DNA from: an uncultured Gemmatimonadales bacterium
Lineage (GTDB): Bacteria > Gemmatimonadota > Gemmatimonadetes > Gemmatimonadales > GWC2-71-9
Assembly (NCBI GenBank): GCA_963705985.1
Contig: CAVPLK010000003.1
Coordinates: 1,624 to 65,623 of the forward strand
Length of the DNA stretch: 64,000 nucleotides
Direction: 5' to 3'
A program made the translations under genes and the position numbers. Under the pieces are notes generated by a model. It had not been told where the DNA came from and did not search any database. It worked only from the letters and a program-made list of their open reading frames with translations. Shown in pieces: positions 28,558 through 37,905 of the stretch (position 1 is the first letter of the stretch; every line of letters begins with the position of its first letter).

Positions 28558-29268
28558 CTATGGGCCCGTCACGTCGGTAAGCTCCACCGCCCCGCTTCCA
28601 TCCTCCTCGGTCTCAAGCACCAGCCCCACCTGCGGGCAGTAGGTTTTGTGTTCCCGCAGCGCCGGGTCCAGCCCGCTGCTGTCCAGCGTCCGCACGCAGC
28701 TGGTGTAGCTGCCGAAGGCTACCGTGACGCTGAGGCCGGTGGCAATCACCTTGCCGAAGTCTTCTGCCACGCCGCGGAGGTATTCCTGGCGGTACGCCTC
28801 GTCCAGATGCGCGGCAGGATTCGCCCACATCGCAATGCCGGGGAGCGCGTGCTGCTTGCCCCACTCCCACGACCCCTCCGTGCTCGTCACCACTCCGTTC
28901 TCGTACTCCTTGGTGTCCTCGCCGAGATACCAGACGTTGCCGTCAAGGTCCTGAGCATACCAGTCGTAGGTATCCTCGATCAGCTCGGCTCCGACGTACA
29001 CCCGGTCGCGCACCTCGGTGGCGGTCACGCCCTGGATGATCCGGCTGGAGACCAGGACCTCGATGGTGACGTCTTCCGCGCCACCATAGGTGTAAGTCAT
29101 GCCGGGTGTCCAGGGAAGGAATGCGTTGGTGACCGCCGCCGCCCACTGGGTCGGTATGTCGGGGTCGTAGGCCGGGGTGGTGGTGGCGTCGCTGCACGCC
29201 AGAGCGATCGGGAGGGCGACGAGGGTGGCGAGGGATGCCCTGGTCAGGGCGAGTGTGGATCGAGACAT
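28558..29268 (-). CDS. Hypothetical lipoprotein
   Basis: Lipobox ALAC after a hydrophobic stretch; DWYAQD.DGNVWYLGED, YRQEY, KTYCPQVG motifs. Confidence 0.8.
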   Translation of the reverse strand: MSRSTLALTRASLATLVALPIALACSDATTTPAYDPDIPTQWAAAVTNAFLPWTPGMTYTYGGAEDVTIEVLVSSRIIQGVTATEVRDRVYVGAELIEDTYDWYAQDLDGNVWYLGEDTKEYENGVVTSTEGSWEWGKQHALPGIAMWANPAAHLDEAYRQEYLRGVAEDFGKVIATGLSVTVAFGSYTSCVRTLDSSGLDPALREHKTYCPQVGLVLETEEDGSGAVELTDVTGP

Positions 29269-29425
29269 GGGGCCTCCGGGAAGCGGGCGCAGCTCGGGCT
29301 GCTGTCCGGTGCCATGTTGCTGGTGGGGAGCAACCGTGGTGACGAATGTCGAGTCGTGCAACGCACACCGCAAGGGCCGGGGGAGTGTGGCCGGCTGCGG
29401 TTTCCGGTGGTATTCTCCACTACCC

Positions 29426-29511
29426 GCCCGGGTGGCGAAACTGGCAGACGCATGGGACTTAAAATCCCAAGGGGAGCAATCCCCATGTGGGTTCGATCCC
29501 CACCCCGGGCA
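29426..29511 (+). tRNA. tRNA-Leu (anticodon TAA), CCA not encoded
   Basis: GCCCGGG/CCCGGGC-type acceptor stem, anticodon arm TGGGA-CTTAAAA-TCCCA, long variable arm, GTTCGAT T-loop; TATTCT -10 upstream. Confidence 0.96.
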
Positions 29512-29631
29512 CTTGGAGGCCACCGTTCGGCATGCCCCCGGGGGGCTGGCAATCCCGCCCCCCCGCGCTAGATATTAAGCAGGGCAGTTTCCCGAGTTCC
29601 CCCCCTTGCTCGATCGAAGCTGGAGCCCCGC

Positions 29632-32271
29632 ATGCGCACCAGGATTGCCGCCACCTCGGCGGCGGTAGCCGTCGTTCTGGCTATCGCTGTCTCCCCGCTC
29701 TCGGCCCAGGTCGTCACCGGCACGCCCGGCAGCCCCAGCGCCACTACCACCGTCAAGGGCAACCAGCTCCCCGCGCCGCCGCCGCCCTTCGGCGGCAAGA
29801 TCACCGAGTCCGCCACCACGTCGACCCCCTGGTGGCCGCCTCGCGTGGCTCCGCCCCAGGGCGCGCCGAACGTCCTCCTCATCATGACCGACGACCAGGG
29901 GTACGGCGTCTCGGGCACCTTCGGCGGCGTGATCCCGACGCCGGCACTGGACCGCATCGCCAAGAACGGCCTGCGCTACACGCAGTTCCATTCCACCGCG
30001 CTCTGCTCCCCGACACGCGCCGCGCTCATTACGGGTCGCAACCACCACGCCGTCGGCTACGGCGTCATCGGCGAGCTGGCCACCGGATATCCGGGCTACA
30101 ACTCCGTCATCGGGACCGACAACGCCACCATCGGCACCATCCTGAAGGACAACGGGTACGCCACCTCTTGGTTCGGCAAGAATCACAACACCCCCGGCTT
30201 CCAGTACAGCAGCGCCGCCGGTCCCTTCGATCAGTGGCCCTCCGGCATGGGGTTCGAGTACTTCTACGGGTTCATGGGCGGCGAGACCGACCAGTGGCAG
30301 CCCTACCTCTTCCGGAACCACACCCAGGTCTTCCCCTTCGTGGACCATCCGGGCTACAACCTGATCACCGACATGGCGGACGACGCCATCGGGTACATGC
30401 GGGAACTGAATGCCGCGGCGCCCGAGAAGCCCTTCCTCGTCTATTACGTGCCGGGCGGCAGCCACTCGCCGCACCAGCCGAAGCCGGAGTGGATCGAGAA
30501 GTTCAAGGGCAAGTTTGACATGGGTTGGAACGCGCTGCGAGACTCGATCTTCGCCAACCAGAAGCGGCTCGGCGTGATTCCCGCCGACGCCAAGTTGACG
30601 CCGTGGCCGGACGTGCTCCCGATGTGGGACACCATCCCGCCCCTGAAGAAGAAGCTCTTCGCGCGGCAGGCCGAGGTGTTCGCGGCGTACACCGCCTACA
30701 CCGACTACGAGATCGGCCGGGTCATCCAGGCCGTCGAGGACATGGGCAAACTCGACAACACTCTGATCATCTACATCGACGGCGACAACGGGACCAGCGC
30801 CGAAGGGAGCATGGAGGGGACGTACAACCAGCTCACCGCGTACAACGGATTCATGGACGTCCCGATGCCGCTCCAGATGCTGCACTACAACGACTGGGGC
30901 TCCGACCAGACCTACCCGCACATGGCGGTGCCGTGGGCCTGGGCGTTCGATACCCCGTTCAAGTGGAACAAGCAGGTCGCGTCGCACTTCGGTGGCACGC
31001 GCCAGGGGATGGCCATTTCCTGGCCGGGACACATTTCCGACCCCGGCGGCGTCCGGACCCAGTTCCACCACATCATCGACATCGTCCCGACCATCCTCGA
31101 AGCGGCCGGCATCCCCGCGCCCGCCACGGTCGACGGGATCGCCCAGAAGCCGATCGACGGCGTGAGCATGGCGTACACCTTCGACCAGGCCAACGCCAGC
31201 GCCCCTTCGCGCCGGGAGACCCAATACTTCGAAATGGTCGGCAACCGGGCCATCTACCACAACGGCTGGATCGCCGCCACGACGCCCCCCCAGCCACCTT
31301 GGGCCATGGGTGTCGGCGTATTCCCGCCGATCAATGAGTACAACTGGGAGCTGTACCACATCGCCACGGACTATTCGGAGGACAACGACCTCGCGGCGAC
31401 CTACCCGGACACGCTGAAGCAGCTGCAGGCGCTCTTCCTGACGGAGGCGGCCAAGTACCAGGTCTTCCCGCTGGACAATTCCGGGTTCGTCCGCCTGCTC
31501 GCGCCGAAACCCAGCGCCACGGCGGGACGCACCGAGTTCACATACACCGGGGTGAACTCGGGCATCCCGGTCGCCAACGCGCCGAGCATCCTCGATCGCG
31601 ACTACACCATCACCGCCCTGGTGACAATTCCCAAGGGCGGTGCCGAGGGGATGATTGCCACGCTCGGCGGGCGGTTCGGCGGTTACGCGATGTACCTGAG
31701 CCAGAGTTTCAACTGGTGGTATCGCGAGGCGCTGCTCCGCAAGATCGGGCTGGGGGTGCTCGCCCTCGGCGTGCTGCTGAGCCTGCGGGCGAAGGAGAAG
31801 TCGCGTCTTGGACGCGTGTGCATCTGGGCCGGTGCCGCCATGGTGATCGCCGTGTTCGGTACCCGGCTCATCGGCTTCGGGAACGGCAAGCCCACCTTCA
31901 CCTACAACCTGATGGACCTCGAACGGACGACGTGGTCGGGGCCCTCCCTCGGGGCGGGCACGCACACGGTCGCGTTCGATTTCAAGTATGATGGCCCCGG
32001 CCCCGGCAAGGGGGGCACCGGCGTCCTCTCGGTCGACGGCAAGGAGGTCGCCCGCAAGGAGATGAAGCACACCATCCCGCTGCTCATGTCGATCGACGAG
32101 ACGTTCGACATCGGGGTCGACACCCGGAGCGGCGTGGACGACCATCGGTATCGTGTGCCGTTCGCCTTCACCGGCACCATCGATACGCTGACCATCAAGA
32201 TCGGTCCCTCGCAGATGTCGGAGGAGGAACAGCACAAGGCCGCCACCGCGGTGGCCCGGGCGACGGACTGA
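29632..32271 (+). CDS. Exported arylsulfatase (Cys-type) with internal hydrophobic insertion
   Basis: Signal peptide; PNVLLIMTDD, CSPTRAALITG sulfatase signature, GKNH, GDNG, WELY. Confidence 0.93.
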   Translation: MRTRIAATSAAVAVVLAIAVSPLSAQVVTGTPGSPSATTTVKGNQLPAPPPPFGGKITESATTSTPWWPPRVAPPQGAPNVLLIMTDDQGYGVSGTFGGVIPTPALDRIAKNGLRYTQFHSTALCSPTRAALITGRNHHAVGYGVIGELATGYPGYNSVIGTDNATIGTILKDNGYATSWFGKNHNTPGFQYSSAAGPFDQWPSGMGFEYFYGFMGGETDQWQPYLFRNHTQVFPFVDHPGYNLITDMADDAIGYMRELNAAAPEKPFLVYYVPGGSHSPHQPKPEWIEKFKGKFDMGWNALRDSIFANQKRLGVIPADAKLTPWPDVLPMWDTIPPLKKKLFARQAEVFAAYTAYTDYEIGRVIQAVEDMGKLDNTLIIYIDGDNGTSAEGSMEGTYNQLTAYNGFMDVPMPLQMLHYNDWGSDQTYPHMAVPWAWAFDTPFKWNKQVASHFGGTRQGMAISWPGHISDPGGVRTQFHHIIDIVPTILEAAGIPAPATVDGIAQKPIDGVSMAYTFDQANASAPSRRETQYFEMVGNRAIYHNGWIAATTPPQPPWAMGVGVFPPINEYNWELYHIATDYSEDNDLAATYPDTLKQLQALFLTEAAKYQVFPLDNSGFVRLLAPKPSATAGRTEFTYTGVNSGIPVANAPSILDRDYTITALVTIPKGGAEGMIATLGGRFGGYAMYLSQSFNWWYREALLRKIGLGVLALGVLLSLRAKEKSRLGRVCIWAGAAMVIAVFGTRLIGFGNGKPTFTYNLMDLERTTWSGPSLGAGTHTVAFDFKYDGPGPGKGGTGVLSVDGKEVARKEMKHTIPLLMSIDETFDIGVDTRSGVDDHRYRVPFAFTGTIDTLTIKIGPSQMSEEEQHKAATAVARATD

Positions 32272-32273
32272 CC

Positions 32274-32702
32274 GTGAGCGGCGTGTTGAAGTTTTCCGTG
32301 ATCGTGGAGGCCGGTACCGGGCTCGCCCTGGTGCTGGCCCCCGCGATCGTGGCGTCGCTCCTGTTGGGCGCCGACTTGAACGCTGTCGCCGTCGTGATTG
32401 CGCGATGCTTCGGCGTCGCACTCATTGCGCTGGCACTGGCCTGCTGGTCCAGTCGGCAGACAGGCCCGACGCGGCGGTGGCCGCTTCGCGGCATGTTCGC
32501 GTACAACACTCTCCTGGCCGCGTACCTTGGGTACATCGGAGCCATCGGGGACTTTGATGGCGTGCTCCTCTGGCCGGCGGTGGCGCTCCATGGTGCCGTG
32601 GCCCTGCTCCTCATCGGCGGGGTCTGGCACGCTCCGGGGGCGGCCATTCTGGATCAAGCCGCCCCTGACACCTCCTGGGATTCCCTCGCCGTAGGGAATT
32701 GA
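32274..32702 (+). CDS. Small four-TM hypothetical membrane protein
   Basis: Four hydrophobic segments; VEAGTGLAL, YN, LWPAVALH; starts 3 nt after the sulfatase stop. Confidence 0.72.
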   Translation: MSGVLKFSVIVEAGTGLALVLAPAIVASLLLGADLNAVAVVIARCFGVALIALALACWSSRQTGPTRRWPLRGMFAYNTLLAAYLGYIGAIGDFDGVLLWPAVALHGAVALLLIGGVWHAPGAAILDQAAPDTSWDSLAVGN

Positions 32703-32737
32703 CCGTCCACCCAAATTCCCTGCCACGAGGTGCCGCC

Positions 32738-33142
32738 ATGCCGCCCGTGCTGCCGTTCGCGCCGCCGTGCTCCTCCGCGCCACCCTCGGACTCCTCCTCA
32801 CCATCCACGGCGTCTATCGGATCTTCGACGGCGGCGTCGTCCCCTTCGGCGGCTTTCTCGACTCCCAGCACGTCCCGCTTCGGCGTCGCGGTCGCCTGGC
32901 TGATCACCGTGTCGAGGTCGTGGGTGGCCCGCTGCTCATGTCTCGGCTGTTCGGTCCGCCCGCTCTGCGCCTGGTTCGCCGTCGAATTGACGGTCGGCAT
33001 CGTCCTGGTGCACGCCCGCGACGGCTGGTTCGTGGTGGGGGGTGGGAGGAACGGGATGGAGTACTCGCTGCTGCTGATCGTCGGTTTGATCGTAACCGCC
33101 ATGCTCGACGCGGCCCGGAAGGAAACGCCCGTCACCTCCTGA
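32738..33142 (+). CDS. DoxX-family membrane protein (several apparent frameshifts)
   Basis: Pieces across frames: LLRATLGLLLTIHG..., VEVVGGPLL, VHARDGWFVVGGGRNGMEYSLLL. Confidence 0.75.
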   Translation: MPPVLPFAPPCSSAPPSDSSSPSTASIGSSTAASSPSAAFSTPSTSRFGVAVAWLITVSRSWVARCSCLGCSVRPLCAWFAVELTVGIVLVHARDGWFVVGGGRNGMEYSLLLIVGLIVTAMLDAARKETPVTS

Positions 33143-33232
33143 CCGCCGTGAATTGCCCCGCCCCAACAACGAACCGGGGCCTGCGACAGTGGTCGCAGGC
33201 CCCGGTGCCGCATCCACCGCTGGACTCGCCGA

Positions 33233-33706
33233 TCAGGTGGCCCCGTCGGCGCCCACGATGATGTAGGTCAGCGACCCGCCAGACGCCAGGAACGGCATGT
33301 TCCGGCCGAGGATCTGCTCCAGCTTCGTCATGAGCTTCGGATCGGTGGTCGTCACCGTCACGCCGACGATGAAGCTCCCGGGCCCAGACCCCGCGATGGG
33401 GAAGTAGTCGTAGTCCAGCGTGTACACATCCTTCACGAAGGTGTACCCATCGCTCAGGATCGGCACGAGTTCCGGAGGAATGACCCCGGCACTCGCCTCC
33501 GCCGGCCACTTGTAGTCGTCGGTGTAGTAGGCATAGGTAGCAATCTTGATCGCGTTGAAGTCGGCGGCCACCCGCGCGGCGTGCGCGCTCATCCGCAGGT
33601 CGATGTACTTCAACACCGCGATCGAGGAGAGGATGCCCAGCACGACGAACACGACCAGGAGCTCAATGAGGGTAAACCCGCGGCGGGACGACGATGGGCG
33701 CCTCAT
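33233..33706 (-). CDS. Type IV pilin / pseudopilin
   Basis: Class III signal RRG|FTLIELLVV with Glu at +5. Confidence 0.9.
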   Translation of the reverse strand: MRRPSSSRRGFTLIELLVVFVVLGILSSIAVLKYIDLRMSAHAARVAADFNAIKIATYAYYTDDYKWPAEASAGVIPPELVPILSDGYTFVKDVYTLDYDYFPIAGSGPGSFIVGVTVTTTDPKLMTKLEQILGRNMPFLASGGSLTYIIVGADGAT

Positions 33707-34224
33707 GGCCGCGCCTCCCGGCGCGAGAGCACCTCGAAGGAGTTCTTGAGGAAGGGTGCCACACTGTCGGTCGAGACGAAGGACAGCTGCACGTCGCCGC
33801 TCCGCCCATCCAGGCGGAAGACCCCGCCGGGCAGGATGGTGTACTGGACTCCCTCCGGAACCACGCCGACCTCGCTCATCGACACGGGAAGCACGCCGTT
33901 GGCCTGACGGTAGTTTTCGATCCGCCGCGACTCCATGTACAGCAACATGCGCAGGCTGGCGTCCTGGAATTCCACGGAATGGGGGACGGGCGCCTTGGGG
34001 ATGATCCAGTCGGGCTGGGTGACGGCGACCCAGAGCCCGACCACGGCGAGGGCGGTCAGTGACGCCCACATCAGGCGACGGCTGCTCGAGCCGCCGCCCG
34101 ACGATCGCGTGCCTCGCGGATCGCGCTTGGTCCGCTCCGACTGAACCGCACCCTGGAGCGCGTCGTAAAGCGCTTCCTTGCTGCCGCCCGGTCGGTTGCT
34201 GCGGTGTGGTGGGGGGTTAACCAC
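33703..34224 (-). CDS. Single-TM hypothetical protein with GspG/pilin-like globular region
   Basis: One TM helix then ...[20 protein letters not shown]; stop overlaps pilin start. Confidence 0.65.
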   Translation of the reverse strand: MVNPPPHRSNRPGGSKEALYDALQGAVQSERTKRDPRGTRSSGGGSSSRRLMWASLTALAVVGLWVAVTQPDWIIPKAPVPHSVEFQDASLRMLLYMESRRIENYRQANGVLPVSMSEVGVVPEGVQYTILPGGVFRLDGRSGDVQLSFVSTDSVAPFLKNSFEVLSRREARP

Positions 34225-34287
34225 TCCGGCTCCTCATTCTGTAGGTGTCCTGAGAAACTTCGGCGCACGTCGCCCTGCGCGCAATCC

Positions 34288-34665
34288 TCACCCACCGGAC
34301 TCGCGTGGCCGGAGGGCCGCTCCGACCTGGGCCGGGAAGGCCCGGATGTCGATCGGTTTGGGGATGTATCCGTCGAACCCGGCCCCGATCGCCCGCTCCC
34401 GGTCGCCCGCCATCGCGTGGGCCGTGAGCGCGACAACCGGCAGCGGCGAGGAAATCTCGCGCCGGATGTCCTGCAGCAACGAGAAACCATCCCGCCCCGG
34501 AAGCTGAATGTCCATCAAGACGAGATCGGGGCAGCAGTCGAGGATTTGCTGAATGAGCCCCTCGCCGCTGGCCAGGCCCAGGACATCGTGGCCGTGGAGC
34601 GTCAGCAAGGTCCGAAACAACTTCATGTTGTCAGGGCTGTCTTCAACGATCAGGATCGTGGCCAC
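34288..34665 (-). CDS. Single-domain response regulator (DivK/CheY-like)
   Basis: ILIVEDSPDN, DLVLMDIQLP, ALTAHAM.GD, YIPKPID; GGAGG before GTG 34665. Confidence 0.92.
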   Translation of the reverse strand: MATILIVEDSPDNMKLFRTLLTLHGHDVLGLASGEGLIQQILDCCPDLVLMDIQLPGRDGFSLLQDIRREISSPLPVVALTAHAMAGDRERAIGAGFDGYIPKPIDIRAFPAQVGAALRPRESGG

Positions 34666-34785
34666 CTGTCCTCCCTCGCGCGCCGTTGAGAATCCGCCGC
34701 CTCGGGGATAGGATTCGCCGGTCGAGGGTAGCAAACCCCGTGCCTTGCCTATACTTGCGCCCTCATTCCCCTCTTGGCAACCCCA

Positions 34786-35628
34786 ATGTGGCCTGACTCC
34801 CTAGCCGTGGTTGGACTCGATGCCCTCGGCGGGTCCCTCGCTTGGCGGGCCCGAGTCGCTGGCGTTTCCCGTGTCATCGGGTTTTCCGCCACCCCTGCCA
34901 CCGCGGTGCGCGCCCTCAAGGCCGGGGCGATTACCGAACGCGGCACCTCGCCGGCCGCCACGGTTCGCGGCGCCCAGCTGGTCGTACTCTCCGGAACTCC
35001 CGGCCAGGTCGTAGCCCTGCTCCCGGGACTCGTGCCGCACCTCGCGCCCGACGCATTTCTGACCGATCTATCGGGCGCCAAGGCACAGGTGCTCGATACG
35101 GTCCGTTCAGCCGGGCTGGCAGGCCGATACGCCGGCATCCACCCGCTGGTCGCGCCGAGCGCCGCCGATTTTTCCGGCGCCCGACCCGACCTCTTCCAGG
35201 GGGCGATCACCTATGTGACCGCCGCCCCGGAGGGAGAGACCGCCCGCCAGACGATGCGGGCCTTCGTCTCGACGGTGCTCGACGGGGAGCCGGTGGCGAT
35301 CGACGCGCCGACCCACGATCGACAGGTGGCCTGGACCCTTGAACTGCCGCGGGCTTGCGCTCGGGCCCTGGCGATGGCGCTGTCGGCCGCCGGCCTCCGG
35401 GGAGCGTCCTTTGACGAGGCGGCGCGGGTGGCCACGGCCCTCGCTCACGAGGATGGGGGGGAGTGGGAGGCGAGAGTGCTCGCGAATCCTGGTGAGGTGG
35501 CCGCCGCGCTTCGCGCGCTCGAATCCGAAGTCGCCCGTCTGCGCGGCGCGCTCGAGCGGGGGGACGCCGCGGCGCTGCGCGACATGTGCCTCGCCGCCGA
35601 AACCCTGAGCCGTACGGTGGCCCGATGA
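34786..35628 (+). CDS. Prephenate/arogenate dehydrogenase-like protein (TyrA family, divergent)
   Basis: LAVVGLDALGGSL, TDLSGAK, HPL, HDRQVAW; directly upstream of aroA. Confidence 0.7.
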   Translation: MWPDSLAVVGLDALGGSLAWRARVAGVSRVIGFSATPATAVRALKAGAITERGTSPAATVRGAQLVVLSGTPGQVVALLPGLVPHLAPDAFLTDLSGAKAQVLDTVRSAGLAGRYAGIHPLVAPSAADFSGARPDLFQGAITYVTAAPEGETARQTMRAFVSTVLDGEPVAIDAPTHDRQVAWTLELPRACARALAMALSAAGLRGASFDEAARVATALAHEDGGEWEARVLANPGEVAAALRALESEVARLRGALERGDAAALRDMCLAAETLSRTVAR

Positions 35629-36902
35629 TCGTCGACGCCGACCTCCAACTCCCGGGCGACAAGAGCATCACCCACCGGATGCTCATCCTGGCGGCGATGG
35701 CGGACGGAACCAGCCGGATCGGCGGTGCCCTGACTTCGTTCGATGCCCGCAGCACGGCCCGTGTGCTCCGTCAGCTCGGCGCGACCGTCTCGCCGCTCGC
35801 GAGCGGACGCGAGCTCACCGTGCGGGGACGCGGGCGCTTCACGCCCCCCACGGGCCCCCTCCACTGCGGCAATTCGGGGACATCGGCGCGGCTCCTGCTC
35901 GGCGTCCTGTCGGCCCACCCCTTCGAGTCCACGGTCACCGGCGATTCGTCCCTCCGGAGGCGCCCGATGCGTCGGGTGACCGATCCCCTCGGCCAGATGG
36001 GCGCACGGTTCACCTTCCAGGGTTCGGATGGCCTGCCCGTGACCGTCCGTGGCGGCGAACTCGAGGGCATCAGGCACACCCTGCCGGTGTCGAGCGCCCA
36101 GCTGAAGAGCGCGCTCCTGCTGGCGGGAGTCGCCGGTGACGTCCCGGTGGATGTCCGGGAGCCAGGGGGCCGCTCGCGCGATCACACGGAGCGGATGCTC
36201 CGGGCGTTCGGGTATCGCATCGAAGACGACGGTGACTGGATCCGGTTTGCGCCGACCGGGCGGATCCAGCCCTTTGCGCATGCGGTGCCGGGCGATCCCT
36301 CCTCCGCCGCCTTCCTCATCGGCGCCGCCATCCTGGCGGAGAGCGGGGTGCTGCGCCTCCGTGGGGTGGGCGTGAATCCCACCCGCACCGGGTTCCTGAG
36401 AGTCCTCGCCCGGATGGGTGCGACCGTGGCGGTCGAGCACCAGCGCGATGTCGGTGGGGAGCCAGTGGCCGACCTCATCATCGGGCCGGAGGAACTGGTC
36501 GCCACGGATGTCGCCGCCGAGGAAATCCCGGGCTTGATCGACGAGATCCCGCTGCTTTCGGTACTGGCCAGTCGCGCGGATGGTACCACGGTGTTCCGGG
36601 AGGTAGGCGAACTTCGGGTCAAGGAAAGCGACCGGCTGGCGCTCCTGGCCAGCAACCTCCGCGCGGTCGGCGCGCAGGCCGAGGCCCACGGCAATACCTT
36701 GACGGTGGTCGGTGGCCGCGCCATGCCGGCCGGCCGGGTGGTCACCGGCGGCGATCATCGGATCGCCATGGCGTTTGCGGTCCTGGGCACGTTGCCGGGC
36801 GCGCGGGTGCGGGTCGACGATCCCGGCTGTGCGGGCGTCAGTTTTCCCGGTTTCGACGAATCGCTCCGCGCCATGGCGGCCGGAAAAAAGAGGAGGCACT
36901 GA
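35625..36902 (+). CDS. aroA: 3-phosphoshikimate 1-carboxyvinyltransferase
   Basis: PGDKSITHR, CGNSGT, RRPM, SAQLKS, RDHTERM, ELRVKESDR, DHRIAM. Confidence 0.97.
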   Translation: MIVDADLQLPGDKSITHRMLILAAMADGTSRIGGALTSFDARSTARVLRQLGATVSPLASGRELTVRGRGRFTPPTGPLHCGNSGTSARLLLGVLSAHPFESTVTGDSSLRRRPMRRVTDPLGQMGARFTFQGSDGLPVTVRGGELEGIRHTLPVSSAQLKSALLLAGVAGDVPVDVREPGGRSRDHTERMLRAFGYRIEDDGDWIRFAPTGRIQPFAHAVPGDPSSAAFLIGAAILAESGVLRLRGVGVNPTRTGFLRVLARMGATVAVEHQRDVGGEPVADLIIGPEELVATDVAAEEIPGLIDEIPLLSVLASRADGTTVFREVGELRVKESDRLALLASNLRAVGAQAEAHGNTLTVVGGRAMPAGRVVTGGDHRIAMAFAVLGTLPGARVRVDDPGCAGVSFPGFDESLRAMAAGKKRRH

Positions 36903-37640
36903 TGCGGGTGGTGGCCATTGACGGACCCGCGGCATCTGGCAAGTCGAGCACCGCCAAGGCGGTCGCCCGGGCGCTGGGGTTCCATCATCTCGATTCCGGC
37001 GCGCTCTACCGCACGCTGACCAGAGTCGCCCTCGACGCGGGCCTCGATCCCGACAACCTCGATGTCCCGGCGCTGCTGGCCAAGGCGGACCGGCGCGGGC
37101 TGGGGTTGCGTCCCGAGGGCGAGGACTTTGTGCCGCTGCTCGACGGCGCGCCCGCGGAGCATCTGATCCGGACTCCCGCGGTGACGGCGGCGGTCTCAGC
37201 GGTATCGGCCGTGCCGGAGGTGCGCGACTGGGCCAACGCCCGGATGCGGGCGCTGGCCGAGGCGGGGGTCCCGATCGTGGTCGATGGGCGGGACATCGGG
37301 TCGGTGGTGTTTCCGGAGGCGGGCCTGAAGATTTTCCTCTATGCGAAGTCCATCGTGCGCGCCATGCGGCGGCTGGCCCAGCAGGGGGGAAAGGAGCCCA
37401 CGAACGAGGAGATTTTCGCGGAGGCCGAACGGCTCAAGGCGCGGGACAAGGCGGACGCGTCGCGGCCGGTGGCCCCGCTCGTCTCGCCGCCCGATGCGGT
37501 GGAGCTCGACAGCTCCCGGATGACCTTCGACGAACAGGTGAACGGAATCGCCGAGCTGGCGCGGGCAGTTTACGGGTTGCCGCAGCCCTCGGTGGGCGGC
37601 GGCGGCGCAGACGGGTCCCAACTTGCGAACCCGATAGGGC
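36902..37640 (+). CDS. cmk: Cytidylate kinase (3' end uncertain; ORF reads through to 37861)
   Basis: IDGPAASGKS, DSGALYR, DGRDIGSVVFP, RD..D..R..APL; recognisable Cmk sequence ends near 37580. Confidence 0.9.
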
Positions 37641-37650
37641 GCTGTAGAAT
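37623..37650 (+). promoter_or_regulatory. Putative sigma70 promoter downstream of cmk
   Basis: TTGCGA, 16 bp spacer, TAGAAT; followed by GGAGG and ATG at 37706. Confidence 0.45.
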
Positions 37651-37905
37651 ATCGCGCCCGTCGGTCATTTCCCGATTCATCCGCTTCCTCCCCCGGAGGT
37701 ACTTCATGCTGAACCGCCACGCCATGGCCGTGCGCCGCCGTCCACGGTCTCTCGCTGGCCGCGGACGCTCTCATCGGATTGTTGGTCGCGGCGAGCCCGT
37801 TCGGAGGACACGCCCGAGAACCGATTGCGAGCCGCCCGCCACCAGCACCCAGCGACCCTGACCGGCTGCTGGGCGAGCCTGCCCTCGGCGCTGGCGTGCA
37901 CTCCC

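Noticed and set aside
29426-34700. Integrative element or prophage at tRNA-Leu
   Set aside because: No integrase, transposase or phage gene, and I did not find a duplicated tRNA 3' end.
37580-37861. C-terminal extension of Cmk
   Set aside because: Low-complexity sequence that runs over a promoter-like element and an SD-ATG, in a region dense with indels; probably a lost stop codon.
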